35,413 nt of DNA from Octopus bimaculoides (GCF_001194135.2 NC_068988.1:92921775-92957187), one strand, 5' to 3'; shown: positions 1 to 11,820, numbered from the stretch's first letter. Made by a program: numbers and translations. The notes: a model not told the origin generated them from the letters alone.

Positions 1-202
1 TCTTCTTCTTCTTCTTCTTATTTGTTAGATAGATTGATTTCTTGTTTGTATTTGTCAGCTTCCTTAAATACTGAAAACAGTTTTTTGTTTTGCTCATGTT
101 TTGTGGCTATTTGTATTAATTTTCCTTGCTTCTGGAGTAGGTATTTTTGCAGTCCTATGGTGGTTATTTTATAATAGTTTTCCAGCTGTATAAGACCCCT
201 TA

Positions 203-288
<86 letters not shown>

Positions 289-331
289 ATTATTATTATT
301 ATTATCATCATTATTATTATTATTATTATTA
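1..331. repeat. Trinucleotide microsatellites: (TCT)n at 1-19 and compound (TAT)n(GTT)n(TAT)n at ~200-331
   Basis: Directly visible; accounts for spurious poly-I/T/Y/C ORFs 18..398 and 147..359. Confidence 0.95.
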
Positions 332-333
332 TC

Positions 334-923
334 CTTGGATAGAATTTATGACCATTTAATGCAACGCTACGCGCGTTTCCAAATGTCATGTGTCTCATAA
401 GATCACAGTCCGTATACCTGGGATGATTGCAGTGTAGTCCGTAGTATTCCCGGGTATCGGGTTCATCATCTTCATGGGTTCATTTCTTTAGGCAATGTAA
501 CATCAATGGATGTACAAGAGAGGGTTGCTTTTCCCTTTGAACTGTATGAAGTTTGAGTGAGATCAAACAAAAGAATGTACAACCTATCCTTGGCATCCAC
601 TGAATGAATCGCAAAATAAGTCCAGCACCACCACACACACCTCCATTCCCATATCACTACCATTCCTCCCTCTCTTTCCCCCCCCCCCCCCNNNNNNNNN
701 NNNNNNNNNNCCCCCACAAAATACATACAGAAATGCCTACTGGTCAAAAGAGATAAGGATCCCTTTGTTGAACATCCATTAATGTTATATCGCCTAAAGA
801 AATAACACGGATACTACGGACTACACTGTAATCATCCCAGGAACACGGACTCTAATCTTAAAAGGCATTTCATTTGTGGAAACGCGCGTAGCGATGATTA
901 AATATTTATAAATTCCATCCAAG
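334..923. mobile_element. Foldback/MITE-like element with long imperfect terminal inverted repeats (~334-530 and ~755-923)
   Basis: Left CTTGGATAGAATTTAT..ATTTAAT..CGCTACGCGCGTTTCCA..CCTGGGATGATTGCAGTGTAGTCCGTAGTAT..ATTTCTTTAGGC is mirrored by the reverse complement of the right arm; flanked by TTA/TAT repeats; no ORF; small gap at 692-710 in the spacer. Confidence 0.75.
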
Positions 924-1031
924 AACTTTTGTTATTATTATTATATTTATCCTACGTTATATCAGTACAGTTTGATGCAACCTCAAAAGACCGGTTCACC
1001 TGTCAGCATTATTAGACGGGCAGGCATAATG

Positions 1032-1190
1032 GTGTGTGTGTGTGATGTGTGTATGTGTGTGTGATGTGTGTATGTGTGTGTGCACGCGTGTGCATGTGTG
1101 TGTAGTATGTGTATGTGTGTGGTGTGGTACATGTATGTGCGCGTGTTGTGTGTGTTTATGTGTTTGTATGTTGCTACTTGTATATTTGTT

Positions 1191-1284
<94 letters not shown>
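1032..1284. repeat. (GT)n-rich microsatellite
   Basis: Directly visible; source of HTHT/VCVC ORFs. Confidence 0.95.
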
Positions 1285-1288
<4 letters not shown>

Positions 1289-1291
1289 ATC

Positions 1292-1411
1292 CTTTAACAA
1301 GTATAGTATCGAGATTGACTTCGAAATTTCGGCAACTGATGCCATCGTTATCTGATGATATCTTAACCAGCCGAAACTTCGAAGTCACTATCAATACTGT
1401 ACATGCTAAAG
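1292..1411. repeat. Small hairpin element (~42-bp inverted arms 1292-1333 / 1370-1411) containing hammerhead-like core motifs
   Basis: CTTTAACAAGTATAGTATCGAGATTGACTTCGAAATTTCGGC versus reverse complement of GCCGAAACTTCGAAGTCACTATCAATACTGTACATGCTAAAG; CTGATGA at 1352-1358, GAAAC at 1373-1377, GTC at 1384-1386. Confidence 0.6.
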
Positions 1412-1756
1412 AAAAAAATAAGTATTTATTCTGCTAAATGTATTCATTTGCTGACGTTTTGTGTTGAAATCTTTTCGGTAGTTAGTTCGTTCATAAGAAC
1501 GAACTAACTACCGAAAAGATTATTATTATCACTTATATTTGATTGTATTTTTTTTTCAATTAATATTCATCATTTATTCATCATTGTTCTTTTAGATATT
1601 AAATGCACGTTAGTTAACAACTGCTTTGAAATATTTCATCTTATAGCTGTCTGCTTTAAATTTTACATTTTCAAATGTAACATGCTTTGCAGACGTTCTA
1701 CTAAGAATTAATATTTCATCGCTTTAACAATGATAAATATAATTTTTTTTCAACAG

Positions 1757-2029
1757 AAGTAACGCCAAGATTACATTGCTCTCATATATTTACATATTTA
1801 ATAGAAATGCTTCGCATCACTTTCATTTTGTATGTAACAATATTTGATTATACAACTGCATGTTACATATAACCAAGCAATAAACTTCTTTCAGTTTAGC
1901 TCAAATGGGAGACAATAATGTAAATTAGCAGGATTTATCTTTTCACTACACAAAAATACAGTTACGATCATATAGTGCTTAGTAACGAATGCTAACTGTA
2001 TTAAAAATACATCGGTGTGTGTATGCAAG

Positions 2030-2062
<33 letters not shown>

Positions 2063-2150
2063 ATGTGCTACTATTAGCTTCATGCGATGAAAGCATGCCA
2101 GACAGTATTTTTAACACGTCTGGTGTCTCCGCGCAATCTTCAGGCACTAC
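1757..2150 (+). pseudogene. Putative decayed first coding exon (signal peptide + PAN-like) of paralog A
   Basis: Strong acceptor TTTTTTTTTCAACAG ending 1756; ATG 1807 MLRITFILYVTIFDYTTAC; after a frameshift VTYNQAINFFQFSSNGRQ*CKLAGFIFSLHKNTVTII*CLVTNANC, then (GT)n, then LLLASCDES in another frame. Spacing resembles gene B exon 1 (PYNFAGQSYF..C..VASIIEC..YCDEE). No clear donor found. Confidence 0.4.
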
Positions 2151-2480
2151 CCTATTAGTATAACAAGCTGTAAATAGGACAAGATGAGAGAAAAACGAGA
2201 AAAGCGAGACAGAAGTAGATATAAAGGTAGAAGGTTGAAAAGCATAAAAACATAAAGGAAAACAGAAAGAAGCAAAAGGGAGAATTAAAATTATCTCCCT
2301 TTGACCGTAAAATATAAGGCTGGAAAGATACTGACCTAGTGTCTGCAGTAGCTGCTCAATCCAGAGAAGGTAGCACTTTCCATTGCTGGAGCAGAGACGA
2401 AAATACATAATGGCTTCATGTTTTGTCAAAATGGGAACAGTTTTAAAAGAAATGTAAGACGGTTGCAGGTATTTATTTTA

Positions 2481-2605
2481 ACGACGTCGAAATGATGAAC
2501 GGCAAAGTTGACCACGGTAGCATTTGAACTCAGAATGTGAGGACGGATGAAATGCCGCTAAGCATTTTGTCCGGTGTGATAACGATTCTGCCATTTCGCC
2601 GCCTT
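2481..2605 (-). mobile_element. SINE family alpha fragment (tRNA-derived head)
   Basis: Reverse-complement match to the copy at 24955-25154 (GAACTCAGAA..GCTAAGCATTT..AACGATTCTGCC..CGCCGCC). Confidence 0.8.
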
Positions 2606-2807
2606 AATAATAAATAAACAATAATAAAAAAACTATGATGAGGCTTAGGAAAATGTTTTATTGCATTTAATAATTTTAGAATCAGTTCAGTTAATTTTCA
2701 CTGTATTGTGCGCTCCATATTTCCTTTAAAATCTTAATAGCGGTTCTGCAACACCCTGTCTGTGCACTTACACATAGCTGATTGATATCCATTTCTGATT
2801 GTTTCAG

Positions 2808-2899
2808 GCAACAAGTGGCAGAAAGTATATAAGATGACCAGAAACTCATTTGAAAGAAGTCCTATTTATTTATACTGGGAAAATTTGCCTATTGAAAAG
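2808..2899 (+). CDS. Paralog A exon 2 (phase 1 to 0): (G)NKWQKVYKMTRNSFERSPIYLYWENLPIEK
   Basis: Acceptor TTTCTGATTGTTTCAG, donor GTAATA; open frame; aligns with gene B exon 2 (NPLYLYWDSLPIKE). Confidence 0.85.
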
Positions 2900-3054
2900 G
2901 TAATACACTTTTGAAATGACAAAAAGATCCACATTTAAATAACAATTACTCAGTTCCTTATCCCTTGGGATATATGATGTTTACCTTTCCTTGTCGATAT
3001 TGCAGTGGTGTATGTAATTAGTGCTGTTGGTTTTGTCCATGTTCTTTCCACTGT

Positions 3055-3590
3055 TTAACCCTTAGATTCAATCAGGGTCCAGTTTTGATTCCTTGTTTTA
3101 TTTTCATACATAGTATATCTATAACAAGACTATCCAATGTATTCTATTACTAGGTGGTAGGGTATAATCTGAGAGAGGTTTGCCTTCTATTTCTAGTAGA
3201 TTAAGGGAGAAAATTGAAGCTGATTCTGTTGTATGTGAGGTTAAAATGGAGTGTGGCATAAATCATATCAACTATGGTGGAAGTGTTATCATGTACATGT
3301 TTTGTCTTGGTATAAAAGATGAGCTACAGCAAATATTCTGGTCAGTACCACAGATATGCTTGTCAGATGCTTGACCTTAACCGGTCGAGCATGTCCCTTT
3401 GGGGCTAAAAATATGTGCATCTCCGATTACGAGCAGAAGTAGTGGGGAAACATCATAGCCATGTGTTGAGAGGAATTGTTTGGGGTTTGAATAATTCACT
3501 TCTGGAAAGAAAGGTGTTTTATTCATCGTCCTTGAAACAAACCTTATTCAGGCACCTTTTGAACGGGATAGGCTACTCTGGACTTGGAGA
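3055..3590. repeat. Unclassified interspersed repeat
   Basis: Resembles an abundant octopus repeat as I recall it (TTGACCTTAACCGGTCGAGCATGTCCC..GAGCAGAAGTAGTGGGG..); no recognisable protein; not verifiable within the window. Confidence 0.35.
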
Positions 3591-3636
3591 AAATTCTAAC
3601 TAGGTTCCACCTCCGAGGTCGACTTTTCCTTCCATC

Positions 3637-3682
<46 letters not shown>

Positions 3683-4217
3683 NNNNNNNNNNNNNNNNNN
3701 NNNNNNNNNNNNNNNNNNNNNNNNNNNNNNNNNNNNNNNNNNNNNNNNNNNNNNNNNNNNNNNNNNNNNNNNNNNNNNNNNNNNNNNNNNNNNNNNNNNN
3801 NNNNNNNNNNNNNNNNNNNNNNNNNNNNNNNNNNNNNNNNNNNNNNNNNNNNNNNNNNNNNNNNNNNNNNNNNNNNNNNNNNNNNNNNNNNNNNNNNNNN
3901 NNNNNNNNNNNNNNNNNNNNNNNNNNNNNNNNNNNNNNNNNNNNNNNNNNNNNNNNNNNNNNNNNNNNNNNNNNNNNNNNNNNNNNNNNNNNNNNNNNNN
4001 NNNNNNNNNNNNNNNNNNNNNNNNNNNNNNNNNNNNNNNNNNNNNNNNNNNNNNNNNNNNNNNNNNNNNNNNNNNNNNNNNNNNNNNNNNNNNNNNNNNN
4101 NNNNNNNNNNNNNNNNNNNNNNNNNNNNNNNNNNNNNNNNNNNNNNNNNNNNNNNNNNNNNNNNNNNNNNNNNNNNNNNNNNNNNNNNNNNNNNNNNNNN
4201 NNNNNNNNNNNNNNNNN

Positions 4218-4450
4218 GTTTTCCTGTCTTGTTTTTTGTCCGCCACTACATTCCTCCATGGCAAGGTTTAATTTGTGTATACAAATTTAATTTGCGGTCC
4301 ATGGGAAGAGCCGTTTTAACGATGCGTCCTGCCCAGCTCTTCGAAACGCCGGTGTTAAAACGGGGGTAGCTGATGAAGAAGAATGTTCTCTATGTGGCTT
4401 ATGTGTTTTCTCGTCTACGTTTTGTTTGCAATGTCCTGTACCCAGATATG
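4218..4450 (+). repeat. Interspersed repeat fragment, loosely related to 12640-12940; possibly Penelope-type terminal repeat
   Basis: Shared layout CTTCG(A/C)AACGC(C)GG(T/A)GT...CTGA(T/A)GAAG..TTCT(C/T)TATGT..GATGTCCTGTACC / AATGTCCTGTACC. Confidence 0.4.
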
Positions 4451-4812
4451 CACCTATACATACAGGTGGATGTCGGTATGCACATACTTGTACGTATATA
4501 TGCATATACTCATTTACTATTTGTTTATATATATATATATATATAACAAACTGAAACATCTGTAAATGTCATTTTCAATCTAATTAAAATATGACCATTT
4601 AATACCAATGATAAACTTCTAATTGTTAATTGTTGCTCCATTTCTTCTGTGTGAATATATTAAACCACAGTTTACCATTTAAATTACCAATTACTATTAA
4701 CTTTATAGCAAGACCTATACATGATTAGGTAATACACTAGTAGTGCCTACGGATACATTTGTCCCTTAGGCGGTTGCATAACCTCTAACTCATAGTTTTA
4801 TATAAATATATA

Positions 4813-5261
4813 CTCTTACTCTTTACTCTTTTACTTGTTTCAGTCAATTGACTGCGGTCATGCTGGAGCTCCGCCTTTAGTCGAGGAAATCGACCCCAAG
4901 ACTTTGTAAGCCTAGCACTTATTCTACCGGCCTCTTTTGCCGAACCGCTAAGTTACGGGGACGTAAACACGCCAGCATCGGTTATCAAGCGATGTTGGGG
5001 GGGAACAAACACACACACATACAAACATATACATACAAACATATACATACACACATATACACACAAACACACACACATATATATATATACATATACATAT
5101 ATACGACGGGCTTCTTTCAGTTTCCGTCTACCAAATCCACTCACAAGTCTTTGGTCGGCCCGAGGCTATAGTAGAAGACACTTGCCCAAGGTGCCACGCA
5201 GTGGGACTGAACCCGGAACCATGTGGTTGATAAGCAAGCTACTTACCACACAGCCACTCCT
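4813..5261 (-). mobile_element. SINE family beta, near full-length (tRNA-like head, internal TA/TG tract, 3' module)
   Basis: Reverse complement of 25348-25780 (GGAGTGGCTGTGTGGTAAGTAGCTTGC..GGTTCAGTCCCACTGCGTG..GGCGGTGCTCCAGCATG). Confidence 0.9.
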
Positions 5262-6163
5262 ATATATATATATAGTGGTCTAGCGAGAGAAAAAAACAGT
5301 CAATAGACTATGTATTATTCATTTAAAATGCAGAGATGCCTATAATAGGGATAATTGTTTTTATNNNNNNNNNNNNNNNNNNNNNNNNNNNNNNNNNNNN
5401 NNNNNNNNNNNNNNNNNNNNNNNNNNNNNNNNNNNNNNNNNNNNNNNNNNNNNNNNNNNNNNNNNNNNNNNNNNNNNNNNNNNNNNNNNNNNNNNNNNNN
5501 NNNNNNNNNNNNNNNNNNNNNNNNNNNNNNNNNNNNNNNNNNNNNNNNNNNNNNNNNNNNNNNNNNNNNNNNNNNNNNNNNNNNNNNNNNNNNNNNNNNN
5601 NNNNNNNNNNNNNNNNNNNNNNNNNNNNNNNNNNNNNNNNNNNNNNNNNNNNNNNNNNNNNNNNNNNNNNNNNNNNNNNNNNNNNNNNNNNNNNNNNNNN
5701 NNNNNNNNNNNNNNNNNNNNNNNNNNNNNNNNNNNNNNNNNNNNNNNNNNNNNNNNNNNNNNNNNNNNNNNNNNNNNNNNNNNNNNNNNNTATACGCACA
5801 CAAACACACGTTTTACCCTTTCACTTTCGCTTCTCTTTTCTTTTTGTCTCTTTCTCTCTCACTCACACACACGCACGCACACACACTCTCTCTCTCTCAC
5901 TCTCTCTCTCTCACTCACTCTCTCTCTCTCACTCTCTCTCCCTCTCTCCCTTTCTTTTCCTAACTTCTCTATTCCTTTTTCTCTTTTGTTCTAAGACTTT
6001 CTTGCTCTCTGTCTCACCCTTCCTCACTTTTCTCTTTCCCTCTCTTCCTCACCCGCTTTCTCTCTCCTTATATCTCATCCTTATTTTTTCCCTCTTTCTG
6101 CTACTCACTCCTCTCTCACTCTTTTACATTCTTTATTAATCCTTCTCAACTTTTCATTTTCAG

Positions 6164-6312
6164 GTCGAATTTCGGGTGAGGAGATATAACGGAGATTTAG
6201 TGTATCTGTTCAATGGAAGAGGGACAAATCCTACATCGTTCTACCGGAATGATAACTTCCTTTCTATTAATAGAAATAACAGTGTTAAAAGGAAGTTTAC
6301 ATCCAACAATAA
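6164..6312 (+). CDS. Paralog A exon 3 (phase 0 to 2): VEFRVRRYNGDLVYLFNGRGTNPTSFYRNDNFLSINRNNSVKRKFTSNN
   Basis: Acceptor CTTTTCATTTTCAG after a long pyrimidine tract; donor AA|GTATAT; open frame; aligns with gene B exon 3 (FNGTGSNLSSWFQED). Confidence 0.85.
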
Positions 6313-6564
6313 GTATATATTATCTCCTTATTTGTGTTAACCGCTTTAATGTTTTCATGATAATAATAATGATTTCTCGCAGTCAAAGAATAATGGCATA
6401 TTTTGAGGGATGAGTGATAGCAATTTTCTTGATTTCATTAATTAACAGGTATTAATTTACCGAGCCTGGAATAATGAGAGGCAAATGTTGGCTTGTTAGG
6501 ATTTGAACTCAGAACGTTAAGGAAAGAAACTATCACTTGCCGTTTCTTACATTCACTGTTTTCG

Positions 6565-6669
6565 TAGTAGTAGTAGTAGTAGTAGTAGTTGCGGTGGTGG
6601 TGGAGGTTGTGGTGGTGGTGGTGGTGGTGGTGAAAGTAATAGCAGCAGTAGTAGCAGTACAGCAGCAAC

Positions 6670-6739
<70 letters not shown>

Positions 6740-6750
6740 ACAACAACAAA
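6565..6750. repeat. Compound (TAG)n/(GGT)n/(CAG)n/(CAA)n microsatellite
   Basis: Directly visible. Confidence 0.95.
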
Positions 6751-7599
6751 AGGCAAATACTGATGCTGTAACAGAACACTAGGATTTGCGACAGAATGCA
6801 AAGATTAGAAGAAACGTTTTTACACAGCGAGTTCCACGGAGAAAACCAAGTTTGTGAAACATCATGAATCATCGCAGAACGGAGATTTATAAATAGAAAA
6901 TAAAAGTCCGTTGATGGTTGCTCAAGCTAAAACTCTGAGCAATAATTTAGTGAGTGTAGATATGTATTCCATATCTTCAACGTGTAAGGGCCGCTTACAT
7001 TATCAGCAAATCGACAATATTAATTATATTTTAGAAAGCTTTGTTGACACAGAAAAGATACAAGTGACGTCATAAGGTTTGAATTTACTTGCAAAATTAA
7101 TATAAGGATATAACACTTCAGGCAAAAGGTAGAACCATGAACTAGAAAAGATTCGATATGGAGATGGTAAAGCAAAATCTTCTATAGGATTTTTGACATC
7201 TAAACAGAGAGAACTGAACACCATAGACCATATATTCTTCTCAGCATCAGCATCAGTATTATTCCGCTTCTGCTCTCGAACACAACAGGTTGATGCCACT
7301 GGTTTTTGTTGGCTGCAATTTTCTCTGCATTTGGCCATTTTAATATTAACTTCTCACATTTCGGTTGTGAATGTCCTTCGTCATGTAGATTTCGGGTTTT
7401 GTCTCTTTCTTTTTCTCTCTTTTGCAGTCCATTTGGAAGCTGTTTTAGAATGGTGTAGTTCTGGTAGTCGAAGTATGTGACCTGCTAGTTTTAATTTTAA
7501 TCTTTGTTATTTGAGGTTTTCTCAAAGTGGTCTTGTATTCAGTGATAATAGCGAGTCCCACCGAGAGTATAATATGAGGACTAATACAGGAAAGACATC

Positions 7600-7840
7600 A
7601 ACTAGAAACCATTTTGGCTGCAATATTACCATAAAAGAAGTAGAAAACTGTCAAAATAAAAGGTTCTTCAAATCGAAATATTTAAGATGTGGGGCCTGAA
7701 AGTGAAAACCATACCAAAAATATTTGGAAATTATTAGGTATGACAAAAGATATAAGCATAGAAACCATACCAAGACATACAACACTACACATTGTCCAAA
7801 ATTATAGGACCATCCTGCATCCTGCGCGAAGTATTATTAA
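7600..7840 (+). mobile_element. 3' fragment of an RLE-type (R4/Dong-like) non-LTR retrotransposon
   Basis: Frameshifted peptides NITIKEVE.. and (R)MWGLKVKTIPKI..LGM..HIVQ..GPSCILREV resemble the RLE C-terminal pattern KE.EK..KY.DL..E..RMW.....TIP....ALG....AHILR. Confidence 0.55.
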
Positions 7841-8219
7841 TTTAACAGCACAATCCAAATAGAACAATCTTCAAACACACAATACAATTTATAAAATAAG
7901 CACCTAATAAAATAAAAGCAATAATTACTTTACAAGATCAATGCCTAATAAAGTAACAAAACTCACATTCCATACACTACACAAGAAATCATCAAACACT
8001 GATATATAACATGAAACAACAGGCTGAACTCCGTAGCAAAATAAACTCATGCACAGTTCTGACAGGTTAGAGCTATGCTACTCTATCCCACATAAAAATG
8101 AGAACAGAGAAAATGCTACAAACATTTCAGAAACACGGAGATGCAACAAACGGCGCAATTGAAACTTGCATGAAACTATCAAAGAAATATCAACAATAGT
8201 TTCTAATTAAAGGACAGAG

Positions 8220-8355
8220 CCAGGGATATATAGGCCCCAGTAAATAACTGTTGCATTAATTTATCGATTTTGGGGGTAAATTTGAACTCAGAACATAAAG
8301 AGCTGAAAGCAATACACCTTGCTATTTTTTCCGATGATCTAACGATTCTGCCACT
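8220..8355 (-). mobile_element. SINE family alpha, decayed fragment
   Basis: TTTGAACTCAGAAC..AACGATTCTGCC shared with other alpha copies; further decayed pieces at ~6455-6545(-), 22025-22115(+), 23595-23665(+), 25870-26000(+). Confidence 0.6.
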
Positions 8356-8847
8356 CCACACATGCCATTCCAAATGCAAAACTACTGAACTTCTATAATT
8401 ATTTCTAAGTTGAGTTCAAGAACTAAAATTAGGGAAGAGGATGAAAGATGCTACTTTTTGGTTTTCAAAGATTACGCGATTCCAAGACAAGTGGAAGTGT
8501 CTTATTTTCTAAAATATTCTGAATGCTTTTTTTCACTCAAATAAGACTTTACTTTTATCAGTCGATGGGACTCGACAAACATTCTTTCTATCAAAGAAAT
8601 ATGACTGGTTTGTCTTTATTGAAAACCCTTTTGATCATTGATTTTCTTGATCACAGCTGAACTGAGCCAAATTACAAGATCTGATTTATTCAAATTACAC
8701 GTTATTTATACGTTGTATATCGTGAATAACAATCGGGCTATGAGACACTCGCTAATCTCAATGGGGAAAAGGTAAATTCGTCAATTTAATTAAGCAGAAC
8801 ATCATTTCTGCTGATTGTCGTAAACACACAGACATGACAGAAGTAAA

Positions 8848-10029
8848 TAGACACACATATAATCATTAAAATTTATTTAAATCTGAAATTATACATTCAA
8901 ATTATTATTGATTATTATAATGTGAATATCTAATATTTAGTAGACATGCCCTTGGCATTTTTCATTGCAAGGACCCAATTAAACATGTTATTGATTAGAT
9001 GAATATTCTCTTCAAGAATTTCTTGCCAAGTTACATGCAGTAATCTCAGAAGATCTGGCTGGGATCATGCCTTTTTGTTCTTTTTACGAAGTATCCTGTC
9101 CATTACACCCCAGGTGGATTCAAAAGGATTCATATCTGATGACTAGCTTGGACGTGGAAGCTTCTTAAGGTCGTTCTCTTCCAACCGATCTTGGGTCTTT
9201 TTAGCCGTGTGACAAGGAGCGCCATCTTTCATAAATAAAGCGTCACCGTTAATCATTTTACCATAGGAGAAGATTGGGAGGAATGACTTCGGCAATATGG
9301 GCACATATTTATTTGAGTTTATGTTTCCCTTACACTTCACCAGCTCTGTTCAACCATTACTTCAAATTGCTCCCCAGACCATCACATTGTTGGCTGCAAT
9401 CTCTTCACATCGAATTCTTGGCCACAGAATCTCCAGACACACACTCGATCACTGTCAGAAAATACAGCAAATATGGACTCATCAGAGAATATGACAATGT
9501 CCCAAAATGCTAGTGGCCTCTCCACCATGTCATTGGTCCCATCTCTTCTCCGCTTAATATTGGCTTGCCGAAGATGTGGCTTCCTTCTTTCTGCTTCGCC
9601 ATAGTAGCCAAGTTCGTGGAGATACCTGACAGCTGTTCTCAGACTGACATCAACTTGTTCTGCTATGCCAGAGGCCTTGCAACGAGGATTATCCTACAGA
9701 CTTCTCTTAACAAAGCGAAAGGTCCTGTGAGGAGGCCCTAATCGAACTGGGCAAAGTGATGTGCACTCCTTCCTTTCTCTGGTGATTTGCACAATCACTC
9801 TATTAACTGTAGAAATAGGGACCCCAAGGTTTTCTGCAAATTTACGCTGGTGAAGTCCACCTACAGACAGACTGACAATATGGTCCCTTTGAAATTCGGA
9901 CAGTTTTAAGGTTTCTTTTGATTAGACAGTCAAAAATAGAAACTGAGCCACAAAAATGTCAATTAACAAAAGAATTTATACATTTTTAAATTTGAAATAA
10001 ACATCAAACTATGTTTTATGGAGTGTCTA
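8848..10029 (-). mobile_element. Near full-length decayed Tc1-family DNA transposon (DD34E), in intron 3 of paralog A
   Basis: Minus-strand translation: LSEFQRDHIV..VPISTVNRVI (HTH), RRKP, FSDES, VMVWGAI, KDGAPCH..34 aa..DMNPFESTW; several stops and a frameshift; degenerate TIRs TAGACAC.CATA.AA at 8848 and 10029. Confidence 0.9.
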
Positions 10030-10120
10030 TTTACTTCTTTATGTTTTATGGGGTGTCATGTCTTTGTATAGTCGTTCAAGTTTTCATTATGATAATCCTT
10101 ATTAAATTTATCAATTGTAG

Positions 10121-10230
10121 TACCACAGAACCGCATTATCACATGGATTACGGAGACGATTCTAATTTTGGTAATTGGATCGACGCCAAAATGGTGAATG
10201 GAAAGTACGAACTTCAAATGTATCACAATA
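10121..10230 (+). CDS. Paralog A exon 4 (phase 2 to 1): (N)TTEPHYHMDYGDDSNFGNWIDAKMVNGKYELQMYHN
   Basis: Acceptor TTTATCAATTGTAG, donor A|GTATGT; phases match exon 3 donor and gene B exon 4; P-aromatic..W(I/L) pattern shared with B exon 4. Confidence 0.75.
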
Positions 10231-10363
10231 GTATGTAAAATGTATCATCCTGTTTGTGAATGTAAATAATTGTATGTCCGTATGTTTTGTATAGATATAT
10301 ACATTATGTGCGTTTATGAGTATGAGTATATATGTTTATCTGTATGCATATATGCATTCATAT

Positions 10364-10366
<3 letters not shown>

Positions 10367-10409
<43 letters not shown>

Positions 10410-10454
10410 GGATGGATGGATGGATGGATGGATGGATGGATGGATGGATGGATG

Positions 10455-10508
<54 letters not shown>
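10367..10508. repeat. (TAGA)n(TGGA)n(TAGA)n tetranucleotide array
   Basis: Directly visible. Confidence 0.95.
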
Positions 10509-10509
<1 letters not shown>

Positions 10510-10686
10510 TTATGTCTGGGGAGAGTCAGAGTGCTTTAATATAACACTCTCTCCAGACACAACGAAATTTGTTTCAACTCACGGATTCACATGAGGAATC
10601 GTGCAAACCAAATACAAAACGAAGTAAATATATGTGTGTATGTGTACGAATAAGATGTAGATATATGTGTGTGTGTGTGGGGGGGG

Positions 10687-10753
<67 letters not shown>

Positions 10754-11139
10754 GAAAAGTATGCATATTTGAATATTTGAATACTAATTGTTTTCATACA
10801 AGCTACTTTTGGATTACATACATACGCGCATACACATGTTAATTAGCACGTCAAATAGCAATTACAAATTGGTACCTGGCTCTCATAAGACCATCAAATC
10901 TGCAATAAGTAAACGATTCGGCAGAATACCGCGTTGTCCATCGTGAATGTTAACAAGGGAAGCGTTCAGATCTTAGGTAGAGGAGTTCGTTCGAAACTTA
11001 TATCGAGTCCCCACCGAATGCTGAAACAAAGAGTATTAAATCCTGAAATTGTGCCGAGAGGCGTGGGGTGAGATGAGAAGGAATGCGTGTCCCAGCATGC
11101 CGAAGTGGGTCCAAGAGGAGACAACCGTTAATTATTGGG

Positions 11140-11410
11140 ATTTGGCATGTTACAACTTTTATCGTTAAGGAGTAAGGACTAGAGGAGGAGGCCAAACGCT
11201 ACCCGCTACATATAGTTGGTATCTCTTGTGCTAGGCTCCGTGGTTCTAGCAGGAATGGTGCCAACTACGTCTTCACTAGTGGTGTGGGGATACTCTCAAA
11301 TCCGGGCTGTTGGGTTGTTATGCAGTGGATACCATTAGGTGGGAAGGTTTGTCTCCTAAAACTTAGACTGGAAGAAGGGCCGCTGTTGTTTTCGCAGGAT
11401 ATGCACCAAA
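11140..11410 (+). mobile_element. RTE-clade LINE, N-terminal AP-endonuclease fragment
   Basis: IWHVTTFIVKE*GLEEEAKRYPLHIVGIS..VFTSGVGIL..WIPLGGKVCLLKLRL..GYAP matches the RTE endonuclease pattern (TWNV..L..KE.ELV.E..RY.LDIVG....GVGIL..VYAP); GC-richer 11000-11140 is probably its 5' part. Confidence 0.7.
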
Positions 11411-11589
11411 GAATAAACCATATACAGACCTTTACTTGATGAAGTCACTGCGGCATTAAATGTAATTTCTTCTGGAAATGGGATCTCCAATATAAGTATA
11501 TCTGGTATATGAATACTTTGGGACAGATGCCAAAGATAAATTTTGTTATCATCGTGAACGTCTTTTGCGTCTATGATGGACGTTCGGGT

Positions 11590-11705
11590 AAAGACAGGAG
11601 CACTAGGCTTACAAAGAATAAAGTCCTGGAATCGATTTGCTAGATTAAAGGCGGTGCTCCAGCATGACCGCTGTCAAATGACTGAAACAAATAAAAGAAT
11701 AAAAG
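11590..11705 (+). mobile_element. SINE family beta 3' module
   Basis: CTAGGCTTACAAAGAATAA..AAAGGCGGTGCTCCAGCATGACCGC..AAATGACTGAAAC as in 25680-25770. Confidence 0.85.
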
Positions 11706-11761
11706 AAAAGAATTAAAGAATATATATATACATGTATATACATATATATGCATGTATATAT

Positions 11762-11820
<59 letters not shown>

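Noticed and set aside
2061-2468. 122-aa minus-strand ORF, or a + strand exon ending at donor 2469
   Set aside because: Low-complexity F/S bias from an A-rich opposite strand; the + frame has stops.
8513-8638. SVDGTRQTFFLSKKYDWFVFIE as a candidate exon 4 of paralog A
   Set aside because: No AG acceptor in the required phase within the open stretch; 10121-10230 fits both phases and the paralog better.
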